DNA of 62,960 nt, the filler included, from Octopus bimaculoides (lineage: Eukaryota): NCBI RefSeq assembly GCF_001194135.2. It is 8 parts of 7 records of this genome, joined end to end, with 100 filler letters (N's around TTAATTAATTAA, not from the genome) between each part and the next. Parts side by side here need not be neighbours in the genome. Positions count along the whole stretch, not along the records: positions 19,795 to 32,016 come from NC_069008.1; positions 32,117 to 46,539 come from NC_068991.1; 6 more parts are not named here. One strand, given 5' to 3'. A model generated the notes under the pieces. It saw only the letters and a list, made by a program, of their open reading frames with translations. It searched no databases and was not told the DNA's origin. The translations under genes and the position numbers were made by a program. Shown piece by piece: positions 23,634 to 37,460 of this stretch. How positions within the stretch are numbered: the first letter of the stretch is position 1; each line of letters opens with the position of its first letter.

Positions 23634-26309
23634 CATCATCGTCATCATCATCATCATCATCATCATCATCACCATCATCATCATCACCACAACCGCCGCT
23701 ACCAACGTCATCACCACTAAGACCTCAACCAGCACTCCAGCCACGACCATCATGATGATGATCATCATCATCACTATTTTCATAATCACAACCATCACGC
23801 TAATAATGCCGCCACCACCACNNNNNNNNNNNNNNNNNNNNNNNNNNNNNNNNNNNNNNNNNNNNNNNNNNNNNNNNNNNNNNNNNNNNNNNNNNNNNNN
23901 NNNNNNNNNNNNNNNNNNNNNNNNNNNNNNNNNNNNNNNNNNNNNNNNNNNNNNNNNNNNNNNNNNNNNNNNNNNNNNNNNNNNNNNNNNNNNNNNNNNN
24001 NNNNNNNNNNNNNNNNNNNNNNNNNNNNNNNNNNNNNNNNNNNNNNNNNNNNNNNNNNNNNNNNNNNNNNNNNNNNNNNNNNNNNNNNNNNNNNNNNNNN
24101 NNNNNNNNNNNNNNNNNNNNNNNNNNNNNNNNNNNNNNNNNNNNNNNNNNNNNNNNNNNNNNNNNNNNNNNNNNNNNNNNNNNNNNNNNNNNNNNNNNNN
24201 NNNNNNNNNNNNNNNNNNNNNNNNNNNNNNNNNNNNNNNNNNNNNNNNNNNNNNNNNNNNNNNNNNNNNNNNNNNNNNNNNNNNNNNNNNNNNNNNNNNN
24301 NNNNNNNNNNNNNNNNNNNNNNNNNNNNNNNNNNNNNNNNNNNNNNNNNNNNNNNNNNNNNNNNNNNNNNNNNNNNNNNNNNNNNNNNNNNNNNNNNNNN
24401 NNNNNNNNNNNNNNNNNNNNNNNNNNNNNNNNNNNNNNNNNNNNNNNNNNNNNNNNNNNNNNNNNNNNNNNNNNNNNNNNNNNNNNNNNNNNNNNNNNNN
24501 NNNNNNNNNNNNNNNNNNNNNNNNNNNNNNNNNNNNNNNNNNNNNNNNNNNNNNNNNNNNNNNNNNNNNNNNNNNNNNNNNNNNNNNNNNNNNNNNNNNN
24601 NNNNNNNNNNNNNNNNNNNNNNNNNNNNNNNNNNNNNNNNNNNNNNNNNNNNNNNNNNNNNNNNNNNNNNNNNNNNNNNNNNNNNNNNNNNNNNNNNNNN
24701 NNNNNNNNNNNNNNNNNNNNNNNNNNNNNNNNNNNNNNNNNNNNNNNNNACTTCCTGCTTAACACAAACTTTCAGCCCCTTTTTTTTTAAACACAACACA
24801 ACTTTTAATTCCATGCATCCTAATCTTTCTAACAATTATCTACATGGATTACCATTGAACTTTAAAAGCTCTAAGACAATATAATGTATTGGTATATTTT
24901 TTTTTTATATATTATTTTTTTATTTTTTTGTAAAAAAACATTTTCATTCTCCCTCTTCTTGAAAATTTGCCATGCAATGAAAGCCGGTTAGAAATCCTTT
25001 TTAATCCTCCTCATACACATCTATGTTAAAATATGCTTTCAGTTTAGCATTCTGCCTTATTATTTTTTATTTTCAGTCTGTGGTCCTATCCACCTACATA
25101 TGTTTCTCTCTGTCTGTTGATATGTTTTATTGTCTCTCTATACCTCTTTCTATTTCCAAATATCTTTCTGCATGTTCATGCATACATCTACCCAGACATA
25201 CATACAGGCAAGCACATATATACATGTATACATGTATACAGACACACGCACATATCCATCTCCATATGTATACACGCAGACAATATATATATATACATAT
25301 ATATACATACATGTACATACATACATAAATACGTACATACATATATATATATATATACATACATATATATATATATTCACTCTTATTTGTATGCATACAA
25401 TCACACACTCATACGCTCACACACACGCATCTATTTATGTACACACAAACACACATATGTATACTGCTTTAGACTTACATAGGCAAAAAGTGCACACACA
25501 TGCACATAACACAAACACACACATATACACACTTATGTAAACATATATAAATGCATACAAACATACATCTACATAATCACATATATTCATACATCTACAT
25601 GTCCACACACATATATAGATATGTATATATATATGCATACAAACATACTTGTATATAAACACACATACACTCACACATGTACACGTCCACACATACTCTC
25701 ACACACACTCTCACACACACACACACACACACATGCAATCACAGTGTGTAGAGGGGGTGTGCATGCCTCTGTATATGGCCACATGATGTTGTTCTCAAAG
25801 AAATTTTGGTGACATAATACATTAAACATACTTAAGTTACATTCTACCCTTAAAACACTACAACAATTTGCCCACCCGTATAAAACAACACAAGTTATTT
25901 CCCCCCCCCCACACACACACACACATCTACCCCACACATGTCGTTTCTTACCCGGTCTGTATCGCTCTTAGTACATATATACACACACACACACAAATGT
26001 ATATATATATATATATATANNNNNNNNNNNNNNNNNNNNNNNNNNNNNNNNNNNNNNNNNNNNNNNNNNNNNNNNNNNNNNNNNNNNNNNNNNNNNNNNN
26101 NNNNNNNNNNNNNNNNNNNNNNNNNNNNNNNNNNNNNNNNNNNNNNNNNNNNNNNNNNNNNNNNNNNNNNNNNNNNNNNNNNNNNNNNNNNNNNNNNNNN
26201 NNNNNNNNNNNNNNNNNNNNNNNNNNNNNNNNNNNNNNNNNNNNNNNNNNNNNNNNNNNNNNNNNNNNNNNNNNNNNNNNNNNNNNNNNNNNNNNNNNNN
26301 NNNNNNNNN

Positions 26310-26350
<41 letters not shown>

Positions 26351-26439
26351 GAGAGATTCACGTACACATATAGACGTATATATACATATTTATGCTTGCA
26401 TAAACAGCCTGGTCAGATGCTTATATGCATATATATGCA

Positions 26440-26492
<53 letters not shown>

Positions 26493-26535
26493 GTTAACAG
26501 TAATGATGCATACATATATATTTACACGTATATAT

Positions 26536-26588
<53 letters not shown>

Positions 26589-27318
26589 TAGATATAGATA
26601 TATATATATATATATATGCACCTCTGTATGTATATGTATGCATGTGTATTTGTGTCTGTCTATATACACATACATACATACATACATACATAGATATACT
26701 TATGTACATTCGTACACACATACACACTCTTACACATATGCACACACATAAACCCACGCACGCATATCTGAACAATGTCTACATTCGCTCACAAAATCAT
26801 AGTACCTAGCAAGATTCCATCCGACCTACGAACACTACCACCCACGTACACCAGCCATTACCCCCAGTCCACCCCCGCCCCACAACACCACCACCATTAC
26901 CATAGCCGCAACGTACACTTCCCCCACCCCCACCCCCAGAACTAAATTTGAACTTGTGTGAAGCCTGGGTGGACTTGATCTCAAGAGTTTTGCTGNNNNN
27001 NNNNNNNNNNNNNNNNNNNNNNNNNNNNNNNNNNNNNNNNNNNNNNNNNNNNNNNNNNNNNNNNNNCGTGGCAGTTGACAAAAGATGGCGGCTATTACAA
27101 CAACGAGGAGGACGACGATGGCGGTTTGCGACGAGGAAGGCGAAGGCGGCGATGGAGACGGCGACGAAGATGGCGACGGTTCTAATAACGGTCACGAGAA
27201 TTGGAAACTACGAGGAAGACGACGACGACGACGACGACGACGAAGACGACGACAGCAGTAACAACAGCAACGGTACAGTAATGACAATATGTCTGACGAA
27301 GACGAACGCAGTTGACGG

Positions 27319-27349
<31 letters not shown>

Positions 27350-27514
27350 GGTGGTGATGATGATGATGATCATGGTGTTTGTGGTCATTACGATGATGAC
27401 CACCACCACCACGACAACGATGATGATCATGGACTACGATGATGATCATGGACTACAGCGAACACCAAGGACGAGACGAATGCAACTAGTACAACAACAA
27501 CAGCAACAACAACA

Positions 27515-27552
<38 letters not shown>

Positions 27553-27879
27553 GACTGCCTCTTCTCCTGCTGCAGGTTACAAAGAGAACGACAACGGCGG
27601 CAGAGGCGGCGGCGGCGGCAACAGTTGTAATAACAAACAGAACAACAACTTCAATTGCAGCAACACCAACAACAACTGCTACTACAACTATTATTACCAC
27701 TAACACGACCGCCATCTCTACTACTACCACGACTTTCACTATTAAATGATGGCCGTGGTAGTAGTAGAGATGGCGGCCGTGTAGTAGTAGTAGTAGTAGT
27801 AGTAGTGTCAGTTCATCTATGAAGATCTATACCATTTCATCAGGGAAATGGCCGACCCAGCAGATGGCATGTCCGTCAC

Positions 27880-28180
27880 CTTTATTCGATGGGTAGGCGG
27901 ATGGATCCCCGGTTAGTTGTGTTCTTGAGCAAGACTCTGTATTTCACGTTGCTCCAGTTCACTCAGCTGTAGGAATGAGTTGCGACGTCACAGATGCCAA
28001 ACTGTATCGGCCCCTTCTGCCCTTCCCTTGGATAGCATCAGTGGTGTGGAGAAGGGAGGCTGGTATGCTTGGATGACTGCTGGTCTTCTATAAACAACCT
28101 TGCCTAGACTTGTGCCTTGGAGAGGAACTTTTTCGGTGCAATCCCATGGTCATTCGTGACTGAAGGGGGTCTTTACCCTA
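27880..28180 (+). mobile_element. SINE family B variant (middle M2, tail T3)
   Basis: Core gtgttcttgagcaagactctgtatttcacgttgctccagttcactcagctg matches the 11521 core, but the tail is unrelated. Confidence 0.6.
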
Positions 28181-28181
28181 A

Positions 28182-28480
28182 GGTCCAAAAACCTGGTGCA
28201 TGAGTGCCACATGCTCTAAACGAAAGAAATAAACTCTGACGGTCCTTCATCGCTGCCAGTTTGCTCGGTCGGCACCAGATGACTCGTGGACACGGACAAG
28301 GATTTCCGTATTACCTCGTCACCGGCGATGGAAAAGGATGTCTTTTCGTCAGTACGAACCAGAAGAAAGAACGGCTGAGTCTCGACAAGCAAGGCACACC
28401 TCGAGCCAAGCCAAAGCTGCATCCACACAAGACAATCATCTGCATTTGGTGAGACTGGGAAGAGCCAATGCTTGAAAACA
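28182..28480 (+). mobile_element. Mariner transposase fragment (decayed)
   Basis: Reads GA*VPHALNERNKL...YLVTGDGKGCLFV...LHPHKTIICIW*DW, matching the mariner motifs WVPHEL, VTGDEKW and HPKK.ML.VWWD. Confidence 0.85.
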
Positions 28481-28506
28481 AGCGGGGCAGTCAATGCAGA
28501 GATATA

Positions 28507-28716
28507 CAGGGTGTCCACAAAGTCTGGCTACATGGAGTAAATAAAATCATCACATAAACAATTAAATATAAGGAATAATGATTTCTTAAAATATGTGTTA
28601 ATCCCCATGTAGGAACATGAAGTAAATAAAATCACATAAACAATTAAATGTAAGGAATAATGATTCCTTAAAGTATGTGTTAAATCCCCATGTACCCAAA
28701 CTTTGTGGACACCCTG
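28507..28716. mobile_element. Tc1/mariner-type MITE with ~29-bp TIRs, TA target-site duplication and internal ~75-bp tandem duplication
   Basis: TA|cagggtgtccacaaagtctggctacatgg ... ccatgtacccaaactttgtggacaccctg|TA. Confidence 0.9.
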
Positions 28717-28948
28717 TATAAAGACTGAAAACAGTATTTTGTTTTGCTCGTGTTTTGTGGCTATTTGTATTAGTTTTCCTTGCTTCTGGAGTAGGTATTT
28801 TTTGCAGTCCTATGGTGGTTATTTTATAATCGTTTTCCAGCTATATAAGGCCTCTACCGCTTTCTATACGTTGTATATATAGCCTTTCTCTGTCAGATTT
28901 TGGGTGGTGCATCCTAGATCCTGTTATTATTTTTCTTGTTTTCCTGTC

Positions 28949-29180
<232 letters not shown>

Positions 29181-29341
29181 TTTTGTCAATCTCACGGCCT
29201 TGTTGCTAATCGCATGGCCTTGTAAGGATTTCTGGAATCCTTAATCTATTTGACCAACCACCCGTGTTTTCGAACTGTCTGCAGTTCAATCTCCTATGAT
29301 GTGTTGGTGACCTCCGACATCTGAAGAACCGAAACAAACCC

Positions 29342-29419
29342 TGACGTCATAACCTCTCGACCCTGGACGATCCGGTGGAATCTCATCTTTTTTCGCATCA
29401 CACCTGCATCCGTGTAAGT
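29342..29419 (+). promoter_or_regulatory. Perfect CRE palindrome TGACGTCA followed by a consensus 5' splice donor (possible first exon)
   Basis: TGACGTCA at 29342-29349 and CGT|GTAAGT at 29414-29419, in non-repetitive CpG-containing sequence. Confidence 0.25.
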
Positions 29420-30520
29420 TCCAGACATTCTTACTAAAACATGGAATCAATGAATAGAAATACAATTACGTAGATTATACTAGCAATCTTTAATGATTGA
29501 AACGCTACAATAAACTGTAGAAGTTGTTAAGATAATTTATGAACACCCTGAGTAATGACATCTGAAACATACACACAGTGTAGGAATGAGGTTTGTGATA
29601 TACACCGGGGGTATACTATACTGCATGACTTGTATATAGTAATATAATGTGTATAACAGCATAGGATGTGGAGAGTATATAATATCGAGTGGATTTAATT
29701 ATGATGTATAATGATGAAATTACATATGAGTGTGTGTACGTGCATATGTGTGTATGTATGTATGCATGTATGTATGTATGTATGATTGTATGCATGCATG
29801 TATGAACGTATGTATATATATATATATATATATATGTGTGAGTGTGTATGTATGTGTGTATATATGTTTGTATGTATGTATATATATGAATATATGCATA
29901 TAAGTACGTTTGTATATATACAAATATATTTGCAAGTATGTATGCATCTATGTTTCCATGTTTCTATGCATGTGTGTGTATGTATGTATGTATGTATGTA
30001 TGCATGCATGTGTGTGTATGTACATATTTATGCTGATATGTATGTATGTGTGTATGTATGTATGATTGTATATATGTCTGTATATATGAATGAATATGAA
30101 GTATGAATGTATGTATATGTGTTTGTATGTTTGTACGTATGTATGTTTGTACTTATCAATGTATGCATATATGCCTGTATGTTTGTATGTCTGTTTGTAT
30201 GTACACGTGCGTAGCAATAATTGTATGCATGTAAATATGTAAGATTGCCAGTATGAATGCATGTTAACATGTAAACATGTAAACATGTAAACATGTAGTT
30301 ATGCATGTACGGATACATGTATTTATGTAATTACGTATGAAAGTATGAATGTATGTATGTATGTATGTATGTATGTATACCTATTTGTATGTCAGTACGC
30401 ATGTGTGTATGTATGTTTTTTGGCTTTATTCCTCGAATTTCCCATCAAAGTCGAAAGAGTCATATCCTGGCACAGAGACATGATTCTTAAGAATTAGACA
30501 TCAAACAGGGTTGCCTTGCT

Positions 30521-30564
<44 letters not shown>

Positions 30565-30968
30565 TGTGTGTGTGTGATTGATGCGCACGTGCACGCGTGT
30601 TCACAAGCATGGTTTTACACACATGCAAATTCGCATGTACACATGGGCGCGCAGGCATGTAAAGTATTGTGTGTGTGTGTGTGTGTATGTGCGTATATAT
30701 ATATATATATATANNNNNNNNNNNNNNNNNNNNNNNNNNNNNNNNNNNNNNNNNNNNNNNNNNNNNNNNNNNNNNNNNNNNNNNNNNNNNNNNNNNNNNN
30801 NNNNNNNNNNNNNNNNNNNNNNNNNNNNNNNNNNNNNNNNNNNNNNNNNNNNNNNNNNNNNNNNNNNNNNNNNNNNNNNNNNNNNNNNNNNNNNNNNNNN
30901 NNNNNNNNNNNNNNNNNNNNNNNNNNNNNNNNNNNNNNNNNNNNNNNNNNNNNNNNNNNNNNNNNNNN

Positions 30969-31018
<50 letters not shown>

Positions 31019-31019
<1 letters not shown>

Positions 31020-31175
31020 GTTTCTTAAACATTCACTTGAACAAAACTGTACAAATCCAAATGTATGGTACCCTAGGCATAACACCTACATGAACTTCTA
31101 ACTTGTTGTCTCTTGAGGTCTCTGGGTGAGACTTGGATCCAACTTGTACAAATGCAAAACAAAAGTCAAACATAA

Positions 31176-31176
<1 letters not shown>
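31019..31176 (+). mobile_element. Short 3'-end fragment of a probable R4/Dong-like LINE embedded in (AAT)n
   Basis: Flanked on both sides by (AAT)n. The decayed segment resembles the C-terminal LGTAHIL region and 3' UTR of restriction-like-endonuclease LINEs; the match is weak. Confidence 0.4.
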
Positions 31177-31249
<73 letters not shown>

Positions 31250-31426
31250 GTAGCTCTCGTGGCTTCTGATATCAATTGATTGGAAGTGTTATCGTGTACA
31301 TTGTTTTGTCTTGGTATAAAAGATGGGACTACAGCAAATATTCTGCTCAATACCACAGATTTGCTTGTCAGTTGTTTGACCTTAACCAGTTGAGCAAGTC
31401 TCTTGGTGGCTGACGATATGTGCATC
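31250..31426. mobile_element. Partial copy of ~550-bp repeat E
   Basis: Near-identical to 36245-36420 and preceded by (AAT)n. Confidence 0.8.
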
Positions 31427-31580
31427 ATTGATCTACCCCAGTGCGTAACTGGTACTTATTTGATCGACGGCAAAAGGATGAAAGGCAAAGTCGACCTCGG
31501 CGGAATTTGAACTCAGAACGTAGCGACGGACGAAATGTCGTTAAGCAATTTTGCCCGGCGTGCTAACGATTCTGTCAGCG
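31427..31580 (-). mobile_element. SINE family C
   Basis: aaaggatgaaaggcaaagtcgacctcggcggaatttgaactcagaacgtag core. Confidence 0.8.
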
Positions 31581-31629
31581 TCATCAAACTTCCCTCGAAT
31601 CAATCTCTGCGAGGGGAACTTTTATGTGG

Positions 31630-31810
31630 TAAAGTTAGTTACTTGCTGGAAACAACAGCCAAATCTCCCTCAAATCACATCCTGGTTTCTAAGAAAAGGG
31701 TTCATTGTATAATGAAATGTTAGAGATCCCTTTGGTGGAGTATAGGAAGGTTGGGATGAAAACAGACTGGAACGCTGATGGATCATCTCTGACATAGCTC
31801 TAACAACAAT
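31630..31810 (-). mobile_element. Unclassified repeat F (gatttgagggagatttggctg motif)
   Basis: Related segments lie at ~13215-13400, 41180-41610, 43320-43420 and 45830-46010. Confidence 0.5.
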
Positions 31811-31979
31811 AACAAAAAGAACAACAGCAGCAGCAAATGCAGCAGCCCTGTGATACAAATATGTGTCAGAAAACATGATGATTAATTAATATGGCTGCCA
31901 TCAACAATTTCATCATCAGGCACGCTTAGTGAATATGTGTGTGTGTGTGTGAGTGTGTGTGTGTGTGTGTGTCTGTGTG

Positions 31980-32016
<37 letters not shown>

Positions 32017-32116
32017 NNNNNNNNNNNNNNNNNNNNNNNNNNNNNNNNNNNNNNNNNNNNTTAATTAATTAANNNNNNNNNNNNNNNNNNNNNNNNNNNN
32101 NNNNNNNNNNNNNNNN

Positions 32117-32186
<70 letters not shown>

Positions 32187-32706
32187 TTATATATGTATAT
32201 ATATATACAAATATATATATACACACACACACACATATACACACACATTCATACAGACATATATACATACACACACACGACTACTATCATCACCACAGGC
32301 AACAGTCAACGCTACAATCGCCACAATCACAATCACCACCACTACCACTACTCACCGCTGCCACTAAAACCACTAACGCCACCGTCATGAAAACCACACT
32401 TACTTGGGACAACCAATACGATTATCACAACCGCGACCCCTACAAATTGCAGCACCACCACTACCACCACTGTAAAAATCCCTGACCCTACGATGGCCAT
32501 CCTCTCCACCTTCATTACCCCCGCTGCAGTCGGGCCTTATGCGAAAACCCTGTCGATGAAATGAAATCCTAATGACCCACATACATGCACAAAAAAAAGA
32601 CAGTTTATTATGTAAAAGAATATTTATAGCCCTCCTGCTCCACCCCACCACCAGAACAAAATGTTTGATTGTCAGCTGGTTGTGTTTCCTATTGCAACGG
32701 TATCAC

Positions 32707-32761
<55 letters not shown>

Positions 32762-32790
32762 CCTACCTATCTATCTACCTATCTATCTAC

Positions 32791-32824
<34 letters not shown>

Positions 32825-33647
32825 GTCTATCTATGCATACGCATATGTATATGTATGCATGTGTACGTATATAANNNNNNNNNNNNNNNNNNNNNNNNNN
32901 NNNNNNNNNNNNNNNNNNNNNNNNNNNNNNNNNNNNNNNNNNNNNNNNNNNNNNNNNNNNNNNNNNNNNNNNNNNNNNNNNNNNNNNNNNNNNNNNNNNN
33001 NNNNNNNNNNNNNNNNNNNNNNNNNNNNNNNNNNNNNNNNNNNNNNNNNNNNNNNNNNNNNNNNNNNNNNNNNNNNNNNNNNNNNNNNNNNNNNNNNNNN
33101 NNNNNNNNNNNNNNNNNNNNNNNNNNNNNNNNNNNNNNNNNNNNNNNNNNNNNNNNNNNNNNNNNNNNNNNNNNNNNNNNNNNNNNNNNNNNNNNNNNNN
33201 NNNNNNNNNNNNNNNNNNNNNNNNNNNNNNNNNNNNNNNNNNNNNNNNNNNNNNNNNNNNNNNNNNNNNNNNNNNNNNNNNNNNNNNNNNNNNNNNNNNN
33301 NNNNNNNNNNNNNNNNNNNNNNNNNNNNNNNNNNNNNNNNNNNNNNNNNNNNNNNNNNNNNNNNNNNNNNNNNNNNNNNNNNNNNNNNNNNNNNNNNNNN
33401 NNNNNNNNNNNNNNNNNNNNNNNNNNNNNNNNNNNNNNNNNNNNNNNNNNNNNNNNNNNNNNNNNNNNNNNNNNNNNNNNNNNNNNNNNNNNNNNNNNNN
33501 NNNNNNNNNNNNNNNNNNNNNNNNNNNNNNNNNNNNNNNNNNNNNNNNNNNNNNNNNNNNNNNNNNNNNNNNNNNNNNNNNNNNNNNNNNNNNNNNNNNN
33601 NNNNNNNNNNNNNNNNNNNNNNNNNNNNNNNNNNNNNNNNNNNNNNN

Positions 33648-33685
<38 letters not shown>

Positions 33686-35390
33686 CAGGGATCCGCCCTT
33701 GCCAGCTTCTTTGCCCAGGTGAGGGTAAAAGGTGGAAGTTGTAGTGAATAGACCCGTTTGGGTGGGGTCGGGGTGCATGTTTGCACATCACCAATCAGTT
33801 CTTCGACGACAAGCGCGAAACGCTTCTCAAACATCTTTGCTAAAATTTTGAAATCTCCATTCAGTAGCGTTATGGACCTTAATTTTTTTTTTAGTTGATC
33901 CTCCTTGTTTGGATCCTTTCTTAACAGTTTCACCACTCCTCGACTCACAGAACTAGGAATTCTTCCGTTTTGCTGCCATTTGCGGTAAAAACAAGTCTGC
34001 CATATAAAAATAAAGCTCGTAGGGCAAACCATCCTAATCGATAGCTCTGACAATGTATCCTTCTTACTCAGCGTTGAAGAATTGGTCTAGCGCCAATCTC
34101 GCAGCGAGCATGTTAGTTGCAATGCCTTTCCAAAGCGTCTCATAAGTTTCATAGTTTCGCTCTATTCTTTTTCTATCGCTAATGCCTTTTGCTAAACTTA
34201 ACGGATTCTACTCTGATTTCTCTTTTCAGAGCAAACCACCATTTGTTGTTGACGATTGACTCCATCAACGCCCGCTTAATTAATTCTCTAATCCGATCTC
34301 TGTAAGCTTGGCATCCCGAGTGTGATGAGTTCAGTTTCCAGCAGCCGGGTCCCTGCTTACGAAGCCTGTCTGGGTGAACCGTGCAGATCACAAATTTGTC
34401 GTCTGTATAGAAGACGGTTTTAAACAGTGGACAACTTATGCTATCCACTCTACTGGCCTTCAGACTATTCTATCTAGATACGATCTAGATGACCCGATAC
34501 GGTTTGTTCATGTCCACACTGGCACATTCAGGAAATACATCAGAGCAGAATTGCGCGGTTCCCACTTCGAACTGTTCATCTCCCTTCTAATTGTTAATCT
34601 CACACAATCCGAACATGGTGATGTTTAATGGATCTCTCCAACTGTTCCTTCTGTTTACGTTGTTGTTTTGGATGCTTGGCATTGATGCTGTTGGTGGCTT
34701 TGTTGGTGCTGCTACTGTTACTTTTGATGTTGATGTTACTGTGTCTGCAGTACCAGTTTTCCTTTTCTTTTGCATGGAGCAGAAAGCTTTTCAGTGGTTT
34801 GTCTCGCCATAAATATAGCATCTCGGTTTTCTGCCCTCGACTGTTACGAATAGCTGTGTACCATTAGGGAGGTTGATCAGATCAGGGATAGCTTCGATCC
34901 TCTTCTGGTCGGTCTGTATCAATAATTCTATTACAGTACCTGATCGATCTTCCTTTCCCACCTTTATTTTAACCAACCCTTCGATCGAGGTATGTCGGAA
35001 TTAGCCACAATTCTTCACTGTTGAGGGTTGTTGTTGCACTCTCTTTGACTAATTCTTCAGTTAAGAATCTCACCTCAACTGTGCCAGAACGACTCCTACG
35101 GGTGACGTAAGTTTTTATTCCCCAGACTGGTCTTAAGCATTTTTCGATCTAGGCTTGCGTCATTCGCTCCACTCTCCTAAATTTTGATGAAATACACTTG
35201 TTGATAATAGTTTTTTTTTCCTAGTATATTCTCGTATTTCCTTTTGTGCGTTTGGAAATATTATTCTGCCATTCTTTGTCAAGTGCGCTTTGGTGTCAAC
35301 GTTTTTTTTATCAGACACATCAACTTTTTCCAGTCGACACCACACTTGTTTGCACAAAACTAACCGTTCCCATTTTGTTTAGAAATAAGA
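33686..35390 (-). mobile_element. Decayed L1/Tx1-like LINE: ORF1 remnants, end of APE, start of RT; internally deleted and truncated
   Basis: ORF1 TYVTRRSRSGTVEVRFLTEE...LIPTY and FVTVEGRKPRCY; APE end YTDDKFV...GPGCWKLNSS; RT GRIPSSVSRGVVKLLRKDP...RSITLLNGDFKILAK...LIGDVQTC, then RSIHYNFHL and GKEAGKGGSLI. Confidence 0.85.
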
Positions 35391-35619
35391 ACGGTCAGTG
35401 TCCACTGTATTAATGTTTCTGCTAGGTGGTGGCGGTGGTAGTGGTGGCGGTGGTAGTGGTGGCGGTGGTAGTGGAGGTGGTGGTGGTGGAGGTGGCTGTG
35501 TTCTCGCTAGTGTTGTTGTTATTTTTTGCTATCATTGTTTTCTTGTTGTTCCTGTAATGGTGATGTCGGTGTTGAAATTGTTAGCATCGGTAAGGTAGCT
35601 TCATATATCTCAAGTGCTA

Positions 35620-35703
<84 letters not shown>

Positions 35704-35713
35704 NNNNNNNNNN

Positions 35714-35774
<61 letters not shown>

Positions 35775-35775
35775 T
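35620..35775. repeat. (GTT)n(GCT)n microsatellite
   Basis: Visible triplet tract with a small gap. Confidence 0.95.
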
Positions 35776-36072
35776 GTCTCTGATGTTTACAATTTGGCTG
35801 TTCTATGGATAGATGGCTATTCGTTTCAGCGGACGAATAATCTTCGAACGCCAGCTGTCTTTTTCTAAACAAAAATTGAGTGGCATTTTTGCTAAACGAA
35901 CCCCAATTTAACCCAAAAGGGCTACAGATGGAGAAAACTAACCAGCTCCCTAATGTCCTGGATACTTAATCTATAAAATGTTAAAAAATGTCCAATATAC
36001 AACTTTGTGTTACAATAGAAATAATAACAAACTTACAGGAGCGATGTGCAATACGTGTCGATAGACGAACAA

Positions 36073-36231
<159 letters not shown>

Positions 36232-36780
36232 GATAGTACCAGGCAGTGGCTTTCATGGCTTCTGATCTTAACTGATTGGAAGTGTTATCATGTACATTGT
36301 TTTGTCTTGGTATAAAAGATGGCCTACAGCAAATATTCTGCTCAATACCACAGATTTGCTTGTCAGTTGTTTGACCTTAACCACTTGAGTCTGTCCCTTA
36401 GTGGCTGACGATATGTGCATCTCTGATCACGAGCAGAAGTAGTGGGGGAGCATCATAGCCATGTGCTGAGAGGAATTCTTTGGGGTATGAATAATTCACC
36501 TTTGGAAATTTGGGTGTTTTGTTCAACATCCTTAAACAAATCTTATTTAGGGACCTTTTGAGCGGTATGGGCTACTCGATCTGAAGAAAATTCTAACTGG
36601 GCCCCACCTGCGAGGTCATGCGCTGTTTATCTTGATATGAGATCACCATGTCGCGCACATATGGTTGTGATGCATGTGCCTGGTGTACCCTTATCAGACG
36701 GGTAGTCATGATGGGTATACTGGGCTTCGTATATTTTACCCCAGTGTCACTTTGATGGCATGCACTGCTCTCTCACTCAA
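36232..36780. mobile_element. Apparently complete ~550-bp repeat E, flanked on both sides by (AAT)n
   Basis: The second copy is at 31250. No TIRs and no long ORF; orientation unresolved. Confidence 0.8.
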
Positions 36781-36820
36781 TAATAATAATAATAATAATG
36801 ATAATAATAATAATAATAAT

Positions 36821-36994
36821 GGTTTCAAATTTCGCCGCAAGAGCAACCATTTTGGGAGAGAGGATAAGTCGATTACATTAACCCCAGTACTCAACTAGTA
36901 CTTAATTTATCGACCCCGAAAGGATGAAAGGCAAAGTCAATCTCGGCGGAATTTAAACTCAGAACGTAGAGGTAGACGAAATACCGCCAAGCAT
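36821..36994 (-). mobile_element. SINE family C, 5'-truncated by the neighbouring RT fragment
   Basis: ggtttcaaatttcgccgcaag tail and aaggatgaaaggcaaagtcaatctcggcggaatttaaactcag core. Confidence 0.85.
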
Positions 36995-37380
36995 GGCTTT
37001 TGGCTGAAGAGATGCCACGCTGTGCATGAAAGACTAGCAGCCCAATTGAATGACTGTGTCCAGAAAGGTACAGTCCCCACGTGGATGGTGATTGGGAGGA
37101 CAACACTTATAATGAAAGATAATAGAAAGGGCCATATTGTGGGAAACTACCGTCCCATAGCATGCCTAAACATAATCCAGAAGATATGCACTGGAAAATG
37201 TGCGGCAAAGACATATACTTCCCTGGCACAGGAAGAAATACTACCAAGGGAACAACAAGGAAGTAGGAAGAGTTCTCAGGGTACCAAGGATCACCTGGTC
37301 ATCGATAAAACAGTTTTGAAGCACTGTAAAATACATCATACAAACATGTCTATGGCATGGATTGACTTTAAGAATGCATT
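36995..37380 (+). mobile_element. R4/Dong-clade (R2-group) non-LTR reverse transcriptase fragment, RT domains 0-3
   Basis: Stop-free GFWLKRCHAVHERLAAQLNDC..GTVPTWMVIGRTTLIMKD...GNYRPIACLN...EQQGSRKSSQGTKDHLVIDK...MAWIDFKNAF matches the R4/Dong-type consensus. Confidence 0.8.
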
Positions 37381-37425
37381 TTTCCCTTCTGTCTTCTTTT
37401 TCTCTTGGACTTTCCTCTGTCTCCT

Positions 37426-37460
37426 GTTTCTGAAGAAGAACTTTGCTCGAAACGTAAAAC
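37426..37460 (+). ncRNA. Minimal type I hammerhead-ribozyme-like motif in a PLE pseudo-LTR-like repeat
   Basis: GTTT-CTGAAGA-A-GAAC-TTT-GCTC-GAAACGTA-AAAC: stem I GTTT/AAAC, core CUGANGA and GAAA, stem II with one mismatch, palindromic ACGT in place of stem III, GUA cleavage triplet. Confidence 0.5.

Noticed and set aside
26806-27810. GC-rich acidic/His/Ser-rich ORFs
   Set aside because: They are degenerate GAC/GAT/CAA/CTA triplet repeats; frames switch and stop frequently, and there are no clear splice sites.
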